From the NCBI RefSeq assembly GCF_018977255.1, contig NW_024704742.1, forward strand, positions 112,160,001 through 112,224,000: DNA of 64,000 nucleotides, read 5' to 3'. The translations under genes and the position numbers were made by a program. Below are positions 11,901 to 25,575 of this stretch, piece after piece. Within the stretch, counting starts at the first letter, position 1. Each line of letters begins with the position of its first letter. Under the pieces are notes generated by a model, which worked only from the letters and a program-made list of their open reading frames with translations, ran no database searches and had not been told where the DNA came from. This DNA comes from Callorhinchus milii. Lineage: Eukaryota.

Positions 11901-14900
11901 AAAGATTAACGATGAAAAAAACAATTGGCCGGGTGCTAAAATAGAAACTTTCCTTGAATATTGCCATTCTTTATAAATTACTAATCGCTTGTATGTAAGT
12001 ACAATGTCGCTCATTTTGCTTTGCGACAATGAAATGCCCTGAATAAGGACATTTTCTTTCATCAATACATGTAGCGAAATATTGGAAATGTCAAATTCCA
12101 CCAAACTTTAAAATACAGCCTTCGTATATTTGTGCCTAACAACACATTTCCAGCCAGGCAGTTATCATAGACCAGTTTTCAAAAGTTCAAAACCCTGAAG
12201 CCAAGAAAATATTACAGCACAAATGATCTTACTCCACTTCTTAAACAACTATATTGGAATTAACTAGCACATACACTGTGAGCGGTACAGCCCAGTATGC
12301 TGCATATTTCTATGGTTTTATAGATGGCATTGAACTTTTACTTGGAGTGCCTAAGTTCCTCAGTCCATTGTACCATCGGTGGGCTGGGAAGACGGGAGTA
12401 ATACGTATCTGATAACATAATTACAGGCGTGTGTGTACAAGAAAGATTGTAAACATTTAACACGGGACCCACTAACTGCGTTTATTATTTGCTATTTGTA
12501 ACTAATGCTGGAGGTTTACTTTGAAATCATAAATGCTGTGCTGAGCCGGCGTCCCGCTGTTTATTTTTTGAAAAGGAAAGTTTCCATTTCCAGTTTGCAA
12601 ACCAGACATTTTAATCTTTTTAGTGTAAGGTGCAAGTGGAGGGTGTGCAAGTTGAGAATTCCCCTGACATGGATTTAGCAATTTACCCAGAGCACCGTTT
12701 AATCATTGATCAGACACTATGCTACAGTACATTACTGCTTCCCCGTGCTTTGCAAACACGCCCATGCACCGCTCTTACAACAACACCAGCTTTCCATTGC
12801 ATCTCGGCCGAGCCATTTTTTAAATAGAATTTTAATGTGAGATGTAGTCCTGCTGGACACCAATAGTACTGAGCCTTTTCTAGCTGTACAAGTTACAGCT
12901 TGTGCGATTAGGAACAACTTTTCTTTGTCCCGCATCTAGGCAAAAAAACAAAGTTTTGTAATTGTTTTGGGCCCATCAGATCGATCAATCAAAAGAAAGA
13001 ACTGGTGTCAATGTGCTAGCCAGCCAAAGACATTGATAGAGCACAATAAAGCAGAGAGAAAACAGCTGATCCACAAAGGGCCCGTCTAGACGAAGCTCCA
13101 TCAGTCTCACCAATTTTTTGTTGTCATTCCCATAGGGACTGTAATATAATTGTTCTGATGTCTGTGTTCATTCCCAGAACCAAATGCTATTCCGGACACA
13201 ATCATTACACATTGCATCTGCGTGACAAAAAAAACACCCAGAACAACATTGAGGGAATGGGATGGACTACTGTATTATTAAGATAAAGTCTTAACAACCG
13301 TAATAATAAACATGATACACAACATCATGCTTTCAGGGAAATACTATCCCTTTTCCTAACAGGTTATATCTAAAAAAAATCCCAGCCCATTTCTTTAGAA
13401 CATCGGCTCATTTCTTTAACAAAGAGGGTACCACTTCTCAACGTTATAACGGGCTATACATCAAGCCATCGTGTTTGACTATTTGCTATTCTGATCTGCC
13501 GGACACGGAGAAAAAAAAGTGCGTCCAGCAGAATGGAATAGAAGTTCAATTTTGGAAGTTGTATTTGAAGAAAAATTGGAAAGACATGTCCCTCAGAAGG
13601 AAACTTGATCAAAGGAGGTTAAGACAGGTTTTGGTGCATCCATCCTCCAGGTCGTTACAGTAAATGATTCCCCACCACATTTGACATTAAATATGATAGA
13701 TTCGCCCTGGTGAATGATCTTATAATCATTCACGGAAAGCGGAAAAACTTTGGGATGTCCCATGCAATAGGGTCCCGCAAGCAACTATTGTCCCAGTTAC
13801 TTTCAATTCTGAACAAATTTGCATTAAAAAAAATGTAAGAACATGTATCAATCCAAATAGAAAATAGATGCGCATTTCAGTGACTGCAATAATGAGGTTA
13901 AAACCTAAGAGGCCTAAAGTTTTGAACCTTGTAGTACGAGATGTATATATTTAAAATGGTATCTGTAGCTAATCTAAATCTCGTAATTCTGAATATTTTA
14001 GTGTGTGTGACAATAGCCATCAGCCAAAACGTTTCAAATATTTCCTCAGCAATTGTGCTAGTTCCAGCAATGCAAATTCAAAGGTGGGGAAATGTTGTTG
14101 TCTGCTTAAAAAGTTCAACATTTTTTTTTGGAAAAAAAGTTTGTTATTTCTGACGTGCGGTGAAGCACTAAACAATGAAGAAGAAAAACACTGCTGTGCG
14201 GATTTCTCCCATCAAGAAGGCTCGAGTTAAACGTTTGGGTCCTTTTATTTCACACTGTATGAACATTAAATCCACTGTGGATAACTTTGGGAACACCGTC
14301 TCGCTTTTAGAAAGGGCAGTCTTGAGTTGTAGACTTGCAGCTGCCTCATTCAAATTGAATGCGGGGTCTTTTTTGGAAGGGGAGGGGGGGGTGGGCTGGG
14401 GTATGGGGTGGGGGGGGGTGGTGGTGCTGTGAATGCTTTCAAATGAGAGATGGGGCATATTGAAAACTATATTAAATTACCCTGATTAACAATTTAGCCA
14501 CGAACATGGGAGGTTTGCGCTCTTTATAACCAGAACTAGGGACTATTCATGCAGGCAGCTCAGAGGTCGAAAGGTTTCTGAAGTTCACAGGCTCGCTCTT
14601 TTGTTATGCTAACAGGCAATATAGAATCAGCTGCTTAGTGGACCGTCAAATATAAATGATTCCTTGAGAACTTCCAATAACATGTCAGTCTGTCCTCAAA
14701 TACCAGTGTTGTCCTCTCTAATTTCTAACAGGGTCTTGAAAATGCAGCCTTAAGGAACGCAAGTGAAAGCTTTTTTTTTTGTAGTTCAATAATTATTTTG
14801 GAGGATGCTAAACCCAAAGTAAAATGTGGCTTGGTTTGATTATGAAGTTTTTTTTTAAAAAAAAACCACTGCACAAAGGGTAGTCTTGGTCAGTTGGAAG

Positions 14901-17900
14901 CATTCAATAGCTGGGCAATGATTTGGAGACGGTGTCGGATTTCTTGTCATAAAATGTTAACAGCAACTGCAGGGTGCTCAGGCATCTATAACGGTCCACG
15001 AACTGATTTACCGCAAAATATTAGTCACACGCAAATCTTCAATCTAAGATTTACACTGTGGGACTTAGTCACACACATGGCCATTCTCATCTGCAATGGA
15101 ATCTCTTAAATCTACTCTGAAAGCGAAGAATAAATCTTCGTTTTATCCCAAGTATTTCTTCCCCCCCCCACCCCCAATATCTGCCCCCCACCCCACCTCT
15201 CCTTCTCACCGAAAAAGCAACACATGGTGTGGTGATAAAAACTGTGCGAACATTATAATGGCTGTGTTAGAATTCAACATATAGGAAAACTTTTTTGAGA
15301 GGCGCACAGTTCTGTGCATACCAATGAGATCACTGCTTGGTGCATTCTGTGGTGTGATAATATCTTTGAATAATTAAGGGGGGGAAAGAACAAAATAGAT
15401 GAATAGAGGAATTAATGAAAGACCGGTAATGATGACAGGGTAAGGAAATTCACATCTAAAGAATTTAAATATTAGAGCATCCTTTTCTACTTAAAACATT
15501 TCTAATCACATGGGTTCATGGAAAGTGGCGAGGAACGATGCAACCAGCACAATTGTACCCTGGATTATGGGTTTACTTGTGTGAAATAAATGAATCAATT
15601 GAACTGAAAATATGATTTATTCTTTTGTTAAGTTGGGTGAATGCTGGTTTGTTTGTTACATACTGTGTACTTAGGACGCGCAAACCCCTGTAGAAAGAAG
15701 TATGTGGCTTATATGATATCTTAAAACTATAAAGCACAATACCGACCACTAACTATGGATAACATGTAGGATTATTATTGTAGCTTTATTTTGTCGTACT
15801 CTTGAATGGAGGCTGTTTAGACAGTGTGAGTGAAAAGGAACTATTTCATGACTGTACGCAAAAATGATTTATACTGATTTCGCTCCCTAAAAGGATGGTT
15901 TTAATTTTAAAAAATAGACAAATTAATTGAAGGAAAAATAATATTGATACAAATGTTTCCATTTTATGTTTAGAGAAAGCGTATTATCAGTTTTATCCGA
16001 TTATTTATAACATCATATACTGTTAATTAGATACAAAAACTTGTGTAACTTGTCCATTTGCTCCTAAATAAGAAATACTTTATAATTCACAATTCAAGTA
16101 AATATGCTCCATCGTAGAATTATTACAAAGTTTTGGAATTTCTCTATACTTCATCATGAAAATGAATGGATGAAATGCTCATTTAAAAAGTAAAAATGCA
16201 TTATTGAGCTTTGTAAATTAGTCTATTTAGCTTGGGGGTTCAGCTTTCTGATTTTAAACCTAAAAGGACAGTGTAAAAGGCTACATTTACTTTCTGACGT
16301 TTTAACATATGGTAACCTTTCTCCCATTGTACGTAGATTTTCACTTTATTTAAGTTATTTTGACATCTACTTAGTTTGGCTTCGACAGTAAATGAAACGG
16401 AATTAGAGAATGTCAAGTGTCATTTTTAAATAACAAAAGCTTTCATAATTTTGAAGCCGTTATTATTTTGTTAAAAAATAATAGTTCTCGAAATACAAAA
16501 CAACAAATGTGCAACTTTCTGCTAAGATAAAAAAATGCAGACAATCTGTTTGACAACCCTCTAATTATTTATTTTCTCACTTTGTATGATACATATTTCA
16601 CTTTAACGGCCTATTTAAATATGATAGAGTAGTCAAAAAGGATCGTACAGTTATACTATTCATTGGAAAAACAAGCTTATGTGATCTCAGTAGATATCTA
16701 AACAAAAGTACACAATAGAATTTAATCTTCAACTTTTACAGACTATTATCATTTATACATTGATTGCTTGATAGATTACCCTTATTCTTGAAAATGTTAT
16801 TACTCATTTAAGGATAATTTGTTTTAAATTTGCAATAGGTTTCATAAATCGGTGGTGAATTTATTGTCCAGAGCATTGAACATTGACTGATTTTTACGAC
16901 AGATTCTTGCTCCGGCGGCAAATATCACCTTGACATTAAGAATTTTCCCTACCAGGTGGTGTATAAAATTGTTTATCTTTTCATTTTGGAGCTCCAGATA
17001 TTAATTAGATTAAAGTGCTTCCTATATAAGCCTAAACGTAATCAAATCAATGTACTTTTTCCAACGGGGTGGGGGAAGTATTTTCCAAGTCTAATAGTTA
17101 TAATTCCCTTGGAATAATTGCATTTTATATCCATTTCACCAAAGATATCTGCATCGCTCCACAGTGGGAGCATTCTTAAACAATCCAGGATTTGGGATAT
17201 TTTGAACAGAATAGATGATGCATAGAGAGTACCATCCAAGTAACTCTTAGAAAGCCTATGATATCCGGGATAGTTATTTATGGGGAAGGGAGCTTATAAT
17301 AAAACATTAAAAACAGATAGCAAAATATTATTATTGTGGAAATATTTGTATTGGGTTTCTTTTTGTAAAACTCATGCTTTCTTGAGCTTTTTTAAAAAAA
17401 ATACTGTAAATCAAAAATGTGTCTTGCGTGAAACCAAACCAGAGAGCTTTGTCGTATTAATGACCAAGTTCTGCGAATTTGACACACGATGCCTCTTTAA
17501 CACACAGTATTTGCATGTTATGCATACAAGACCTGACCTGGCTGTGTTTCTTACAGCCTAACAAACGGAGGTGATCAATAAACAGAAATGCCACACACAC
17601 GCACATACACACATAATCCAACCCCTTTTGTCTTCAAAATATTTGCAGAATTGTGATGTGCAAGTCTTCGGCTCATGCCTAAGTGATCCACCAAAGAATT
17701 GTGTGCCAGTGTATTTGTGAACAAATGTTTGTTGGGCAGACCGGTGTCTGGAAATACTGCAGAAAGATGACAAACTGAACACGTATGGTTCACTCAGTAA
17801 TTTTGGTACCATATGTCAGCCGTGCAAAATAAAATCCGAAACCATAATCCAAATATTTTCTCTATCTAAGGGCGTTATTTACACACATATATAATACATA

Positions 17901-20900
17901 TTATATAAATCGCAGGCAGTGCTTTATTTTCCTGTTATATTGCTTTGATCCATGTCACCATAACAATAACATGCAAGTTCATTGCTGAAAGTTGCCTTGC
18001 ACAATGGTCGGTCCTTACCTGACTTACTAGTGCAGTTTTGGGGGGAAAGTTCAGCACATAAACAACAAAACCATAGCTATTTGCATAGATAATTCATCAG
18101 TTAAATGCGACAATAAGTGGAACACGGGCTAGATAAGTAAATCAAAATACGTCAGTTAAAACATTGCACGGTATCTTTCCACCATCAATACGCATTCTGA
18201 CAACTCAATCCTAATGTTTAACCCACAGGTTATCTACATCATCATAAATAGATAATGCAAACATTGAGCTTTCTTATTTTGTTTCATTTGATTGTTTCTA
18301 TGCAGTGGATTATATGCACTATACTTCAGGGAATATGTTACTGTAATGCTGTTCTGGTATATGTATGCCAGGATCTGCAGGGTTTTATTTGGTTGTTGCA
18401 CTCTGCCTTATTTCATTCCCTTCTCTTATAAAGTGCAGAAGATCAACAGCCACCCCCACGACCCGAGACTGGGACACACCTCTTCCTCCTATTTTGTGCC
18501 TCTCTTCATTTCCTTTCTTTAGTAGGCAATTTCATTATTTGGATTTTAGTTTAGGACTTTTAAATAGAGGCAGTGTGCGTGGATTTTTTAAAAAAAAACA
18601 ATGTTTTATCTGATTTGTTGTTACAATAAAGGAATTGGGCAAACCTGCGTCTGCAAGGTCATCAACATTTCAAGGACATCAGCTCTGAATAACTTTTACC
18701 TATATACACATGATCCTTTCAAGAATAATGAGTTAAACTTGTTCATACAGCAGGTCCCTGTAGGATTTCCAGTCCCGTTTGTTACTTTTCTCTCAACTTC
18801 AGATAGCATACTGATACATAGGATAAATATTCTGAATATTTCGAATTATGAAATAACGTAAGACTGTGTTTTTATTAATACAATTCTGTCCTCTTAAATG
18901 GATGATTTTACAGATAAAAGTGCATTGCTAATATTTATAGAACTGGTGCACTAACTCAATACAGTTCTGTTTTGCCAATATAATATAATACAAAACAATG
19001 ACAATTTGATCGCAATTAATCCGTTAACACGGCCCGTTTCGGCACATTTATAGCTGGGGTTTTTTTTTTTGGGGGGGGGGGGGGAGCGGCGGTGATGATG
19101 AATTGAATTGAAAGAGAATTTACTGAAAGGAAGATCGAATTTCTTTGCAGCTTCGTGAAACGGTTGCTACAAACAAACGCGCCTGCAATCAGTAGATTTG
19201 TTCTGCAATCAATTATTTCTTTCCTATTTTACCTTCATGGAGAATTCTGCTGAGGATTTTTTTGGGGGGGGTTCTTGTTTTACTTTCCTCTTCGTCGACT
19301 TTTTGTTGCGGCCAAAAATGCAACTTTTTTTATTGGCTCACTTAAGTGGCATTGCTTTTTTTGTAAAAGAAAAAAAAAATGAATCCACATGGAGGTGGCT
19401 CTCAAAAATAAAATAAAATATGCACTAAAATAGCCCAAACGTTTCATTCTAACTTTAAATATTTCAAAAAAAAAAATGTTTTGAGACATTAAATCTGCAT
19501 ACTCTGACACCTGGGGTCCACTCACCTTTCTTTGACAACCTTTCTGCTAAGTCCATTTTGCTGCACGGAATCCCCAAGCATTAAACAAGGACTAACCGCG
19601 TTCATTCAGTTAATGTTAGCAAAAGCAAGCAACCTTAATCAGCATGCTGATTGCATCGCCAACTAACAAATAATTTACTACACAGAGTATTGCATTCCAT
19701 TAAAACCTCATTAAATTTTCTGTTCTGCGGTGGCAATTTTTTTTCCCTTGCAGAATCTGTGTTAAATGTATTACGTTGCAAAGCATGTAGATTCCTTAAA
19801 AATACCCCCACCGCAATTGTGTGTGCATGTTGAAATACAGGCTCTCAGAACCATTCCAAGAAGAAAAACGGAAGGCATCAAAACATTTTTGCATCTAAAA
19901 AAGTGAGCAGGTTTTGCATTAAAGCCGAAACTAAAATAAACCTACATTTAAAAATACACACATATTTTCACCTCTATGGGTGCATCCATATAAAAGCACA
20001 CGATGGCATACAAATGCGTTTCTGCGCACACTGTGGTGTGTCTATCTATATATGTATATAGCAATCAAAGGTGCTGAAACAAGTTTCTGAACTTCTGTCG
20101 AAACGACTTGCCGCACACGTACCTATCATGTTCAATGCGTGTTATGTAACTATCGAACTTGAGCAGGAGAATGGTAAAATGCACGAAATAAAAAATCGTA
20201 GCTATGCTGTACCAGGTGATAAACTCATCGTTTATTTGAAACTTCTTTTCCCTTATTTCCTTCGTAGTATTTTGTTGTGTAAAAATAAACAAGTTAATAA
20301 TACTGAAATCCAGCACCTTTGGTGGGAAGAAGAACAGGAGGCATCATGAAAATACAGTTTATAGTTAGTTTGCTGCATACTCGATAAGAACAAAGACATC
20401 CTATACATCAGTGTTTAATCATTGCTCTTTTGAATTGGTGAGGAATGTAATGTTCATGGCCAGTGTTATTATTATTATTATTGTTATAATCTCACTGATG
20501 GTACAGTTAATAGTTGCAGCAGATTCATATTTAATTGTATTTCTGATTTCAAAATCAATTGCTTTATATGTCAAATCGACATAAATGGTTTCTTCAATAT
20601 AAAACATTTAACTACTAAATAATTTAGTTGATGTAATATTTAATTCTTTATACATATAATGATACAGTAAAATACTCAAAGATATTTGTAATTCAGATTC
20701 GGTACTCTCAATATCTTGTCATAGACACTTACAAGACGAAAAAACCCCTACATTTTGAGAATAAAATCACATATGTAGCACACTAATTAACATACAGTCA
20801 TGAACTGCTAATTATGTTCATGCACATTTGGGTCATTGTGCATGAGTGGCTTCTACGTGCCCAACAATCTCAGCTGTTCAGATTGGTGCTGTACTGCACT

Positions 20901-21600
20901 GCCCTCTGCTAATACTGAAATTACTGTCTCTGTCAGGTGTAGTTCTGCATGCTTCAGCAGTTGTCTCATCCACATCCATTCAAATAAAGCAACTCTTACA
21001 ACTAAGAGCTTAAAAGGCAATGCATCAGATGTCTTCGACTTACACTATTGCAAAGTGAAAATCAGTCGGACTCACTGAAGTCATTATTTTCATTCGCAAC
21101 CACACATTCTTTGACACTCTGGTATAACAAAGCACTTTATGACAACTGTGTTATTAATTGAAAGTCAGTTTAATTAACGTTTCAGTGTCGTTTGAAGGTT
21201 GCGTCTAAAAAGAGATTCATAAACTAAGGGCTGAATCTCTCACAGAGAGATAAAGAGAATGGATGCTGCAGTTTCTACTCTAGAATGCATATCAAAGCAT
21301 GTTGGGTATCATTAACAAAATAATAATCAATGGCTGCACCACATAAGCAAAAGATAACAATTCATCCCACATCTCTGCTCAAGGCCATGTTTCAAAACCG
21401 AACAAGTTCTGCCAGGTCCAATTCTCATTCTTAAAATATTTAAGAGGCCAATTTTACATGCCATTTATTGGTAGGTATTGCATAAATAAAACGCACCGGG
21501 GGCTGTGGCGGGATGTGGTGAAGTTGGTTATTAGTTCTCTGGGTCATTATGCGGTGTCACTGGGAGGATAAATTAAATGTACGACAGGTGCTCTTGCTTT
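8990..21600. promoter_or_regulatory. Transposon-depleted block with clustered candidate conserved non-coding enhancers
   Basis: Only one recognisable ~60-bp SINE tail between ~7.9 and ~22 kb, against dense transposons elsewhere; CpGs retained; octamer, TCF, PBX and homeobox motifs; lies upstream of TMEM161B. Confidence 0.6.
10368..10430 (-). mobile_element. SINE tail with (AAT)n
   Basis: (AAT)n-ccttgcatttgatatagcgtcttatcacgtc. Confidence 0.85.
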
Positions 21601-23499
21601 TGTATTAAAATGTTATCATTGCCTCTGCAGTACGTAAAGCCATGAGATTCTGAGGGTGATGCCCACCACACTCGTTGTAAATATAATTTACCTGTATTGT
21701 GGTAGTTATTTGATGCAATGTACAGCTTACAGTAAATGGCACAAATTTCACTCTAACGCTTGAAGTAGATGAGCTTATTATTGGTAACCCTACAACCTTC
21801 ATTTGGATTCTCAAATGCTTCAGATCATAGGACTGACTGGCTACAACTTGCCTGCAGATGTCAAGTTGCGCATCTGTGGATTTGGTACCAAGTGTCAATT
21901 AGTGGTACCCAGCAGCAAGTGAGCCTGAAGTCCATTGAAGGGTGGAGAACACCTTAACAACTTTCAGAGCTATGCATCTGCAAGACTTTTCTGGTCAACC
22001 GTCCACTAATGATGTTCAATAAACCAGCCTTGACAAGTCTTTTTCCCTACACCATTTCCTGTGGGAAAACTCCACTGCCAAAACTCATCTCTGAAAACTT
22101 GGATGCTCCCCCTCCTACCCAGCCCCACCCCTTGCGATGAACCTGTCTTTGAATTTGTGGCCACATCATTTACAGTTGTAACTATCTACTGCCCCTCTGA
22201 GATAGCCTCAAGCTTCAGTGCATATTTAATATAACAGTCAGAACTTTTTACAGATGTCAAGACGATGGAAACTGATAGAAAACTGATATTCATTCTGGTG
22301 TATCTTTCTTAAGATGACTTATCACAGTGCACAAGCTACCTGACAGAGCATATACCAAGGTCCAGATCATTGAATACATTTCCAGAGTACAATTTAGTCA
22401 GCATAGCTCAAATGACTAGAGAAATACGATGATCTAACTGATGTACTTGGCGAGTTTAGACACCACAGTGTTCTGATGCTGAAATGCTCCACACGAAGGA
22501 GGCATGAAGAACAGTTATATATGCCTCTCATGAGCTTGTGACTAAGTAACATGACATTGAGAGCTGATTATTCCTTTGTTGCTTTACCTTTGTCAGATAC
22601 ACGTTTCCGAGGTGAATTTAAATCTCTATCTTTGGGTGTCCAGTTTCATTACTTGTAGGATATAATGTTGAAAAGCTTAGTATAAGAAAGGTCCACGCAG
22701 ACAGCACAGAAACGCTTTGCAGGTATCTGTCATCCACAGGCAGTCCAAATTGTCAGTGGGACAGAACTGTACATGAATCTCCCACATGAAAGGTCACCCA
22801 TATATCTAGATTAGATTTTTGTCTATGTGCTACAGAAGAAAATCAATGGAAACCATTTGTCAGCATCATCCCAGTTCTAAAAATCCAAAGTGTACCTTAA
22901 CAATTAATTCTTGATTATAATCCCACTCAAATAGAAATCTTGGTTGCTATGATGTATTGTCATACCAATGGGCAAGTATAATTGCCATCTGAAAATCAAA
23001 ACTGAGGCACCTTGACTTATTACGTAAACAGGCTAGAAATATCCTTGTTGTGATAAATTCAGTGATGTTTTGATTTAAACCAGGTGACTTATCTTACGTT
23101 ACAGGTTCAGTTTACATGCAGAAATCTAATACCTTTTTATTTATTTTTTACCTGTTGCAATACTTTGGAAATCAATTTGCTTCTCCCATTAATATTTTGT
23201 TTGTGGAGGAAGCGTCTTTCACAAATGGAAGGGCAATATATCACAGTTCCATGCCAGGTTGAAAAAAATAGCCATGTATGACATGCTAGATTAGCCCAGG
23301 TATGTTATGCAATTGACATTGTCTATCACTTTATCACTATCATCAGCATTATTATTATTATATTCCCCCATTTTATTTTTACTTTGACAGATCCACTTAT
23401 ATATACAATTATAAATAATATTAACTTAATTTGTTGGTGTATGAACAATAATGAAAATCAGAACATCAGAAAATCAGAAAATCAGAATGAGTAACCAAA

Positions 23500-23701
23500 T
23501 ATTTTGTGGGAGATTATTACCCCTAGAAAGCAATCTACCAAATTAACTAATAACCAGTTTCCTCCTTACGGCTAATTAAACTGTAACATGTGGAGTAAGA
23601 AAATTTTCCTAAGGATGCGCCCTGCCTGGGAATTGAACCCGGGTCCTCTCGCTTGTTCTAACCAATACGAGCGTTCTAACCAATACGCTATCGGACTTCA
23701 C
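23500..23701 (-). mobile_element. tRNA-SINE 5' half, long subfamily
   Basis: Reverse-complement B-box gaattgaacccggg; body matches 43140-43343; small internal duplication ttctaaccaatacg x2. Confidence 0.8.
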
Positions 23702-24439
23702 GCATGTGGTATGTGTAGTCTTCCCATACAGATTCTTAAGAGAGTCCTTCAACACATCTATCTCATCGTCTAATAACCCTCAATCCATTTTAATTTCCAG
23801 AAAATTGTCCATTTTATCTCGAGATCCTAGAATCTAATGTTAAGAATTGTCAAAAAAGATTTATAAATAGCAAACACAGCAGCTATTTGGATGTGATCTT
23901 GACTGATTCTCTGGAACTTTGTCAGATGTTCATGTCAGTCTTATATTGTATAAAGCTGGATCAGGGGCAAAAGGAGGCATCTGATGCTTGGCAAATTGTG
24001 CCAAACAGAGTTATAGGGGTCAGCCTGAGACGCCAGATCCAGTAATTTGCAAAATCTTTTGCAGGTTTGACTCACTGTGGATGGAATATGGATGGACTGA
24101 TCAGAGAGTTACCTGGGCACGTCTGATATTTCTTATTCAGTTTCAAAGAAGCATTGGGGAGGCCAGGTGGTGTTTTATCTTATGGGAATAATTTAGTGGT
24201 AAACGCAAACACAAACACAAACATTAAATTAAAAACAGTGATTGAATCAGCTAGTATTTTAAGAAAATCAGATTATGCCAGTTCATACTAATGGAAGTGG
24301 TAACAATACAACTTGCATTTATAAAGCATTTTTTGACATAGGAAAATGTCTCAAAGTGCTTTATTGAGATGGGAGTGAAAATCCAAGCAAGGTAGGGAAA
24401 ATGGACAGTAAGAGGAAGGTGCAGTTGAAGAGATAGTAA

Positions 24440-24630
24440 CAGTAATAATAAATAATATTGATCCTTGCATTTGCACCTTTTCACATCAGGAGGATGTCCC
24501 AAACTGCTTCACAGGATTTTACTGTGAAGTGGACTGACTGTGTATTTTAGGCGAACAAAGCCAATTACGCAGCCATGTCCCACAAACAGCTATGAAGTGA
24601 ATGACTGATTATATCTGTTTGTTTTTTTGG
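24440..24630 (-). mobile_element. Older SINE 3' half
   Basis: atccttgcattt...cttcacagg...gtcccacaaacag. Confidence 0.75.
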
Positions 24631-25139
24631 CCGGGACATATTGTGTTTAGAAAGGAGTTTGTGAGGTGAAGGGATTTTAGGAGAAGATCTATTAATATCT
24701 ATCCCTTTTCACTTATCTACTCACTGAAGTGCAGATTTGGTATCACCAAGCACTATTTCTAAAATTATCATTCTTTCCTTTCAATCTTGGTGATGTCTTA
24801 CACTATCAACCTTTCCTTTCCTATTTGAGTTTCTCAATTGAAAAAAGAAAAGGACCAAAGGGATGGATAACAAACCAGTTGAAATATGGTGCCAGTCACT
24901 TTCATTTGACTGACCACACTGTAGAACTACAAATTTACTCCAGATTTCTCCCTCTTTTGCACCTTGTTCCTGTCCCCCATGAGCTCTGTCTCTCACCTAC
25001 TGTTTCTCTTCCCCTTCTTTCCCTTTACCCTACAATTTACAGCAAAATCAATTCATTGGTAATGAAACTGGAAGTACATCTTACTGGTTTAGGAAACCCC
25101 ACCATTACATTGAGGTTACACATAGCGCAGTGTCCTCTC

Positions 25140-25575
25140 TAGCATCAGGCTCCAAGACTTGCTCAGTCCACTAAAACCCATCCTCATCCAATCAAATTTG
25201 TCATGTTTGTCCTCATTTTCAAATCCCTCCACTGCCTTATCCCAACCTATCTCTGCTGCTCCTGCATCCCTACTGCCCTGGTCACTTTCTCCATTCAGCA
25301 AACACTACACTTTTTCATATCCCTTGCTGATCTGTCCCATCAATGGTGGATGTGCTTTCAACCATTCTGCCCTCACTCTCTGGAACTCCATCCTGAAGTC
25401 CCCCTGCCTTCAAACCTCAGCTTAAGATCTATATTTTCAACTGTCCCTTTGCCCACCTTCTCCCCTCACTCAGCTGTCCCCCTCGCCTGCCTCTAACTTG
25501 GGATCCTCGTCAGCTGTTCGAAGTCTCCTCCTGCGTGAAACACGCTTCATGAATGTAAATTGTTCTTCTTGTTGA
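25140..25575 (+). mobile_element. Old L2 3' end
   Basis: VLIFKSLHCLIPTYL and GGCAFNHSALTLWNS remnants plus L2-like tail. Confidence 0.75.

Noticed and set aside
13710..13733. 9-bp-stem hairpins (also near 20818-20846)
   Set aside because: Too short for a pre-miRNA and expected by chance in 64 kb
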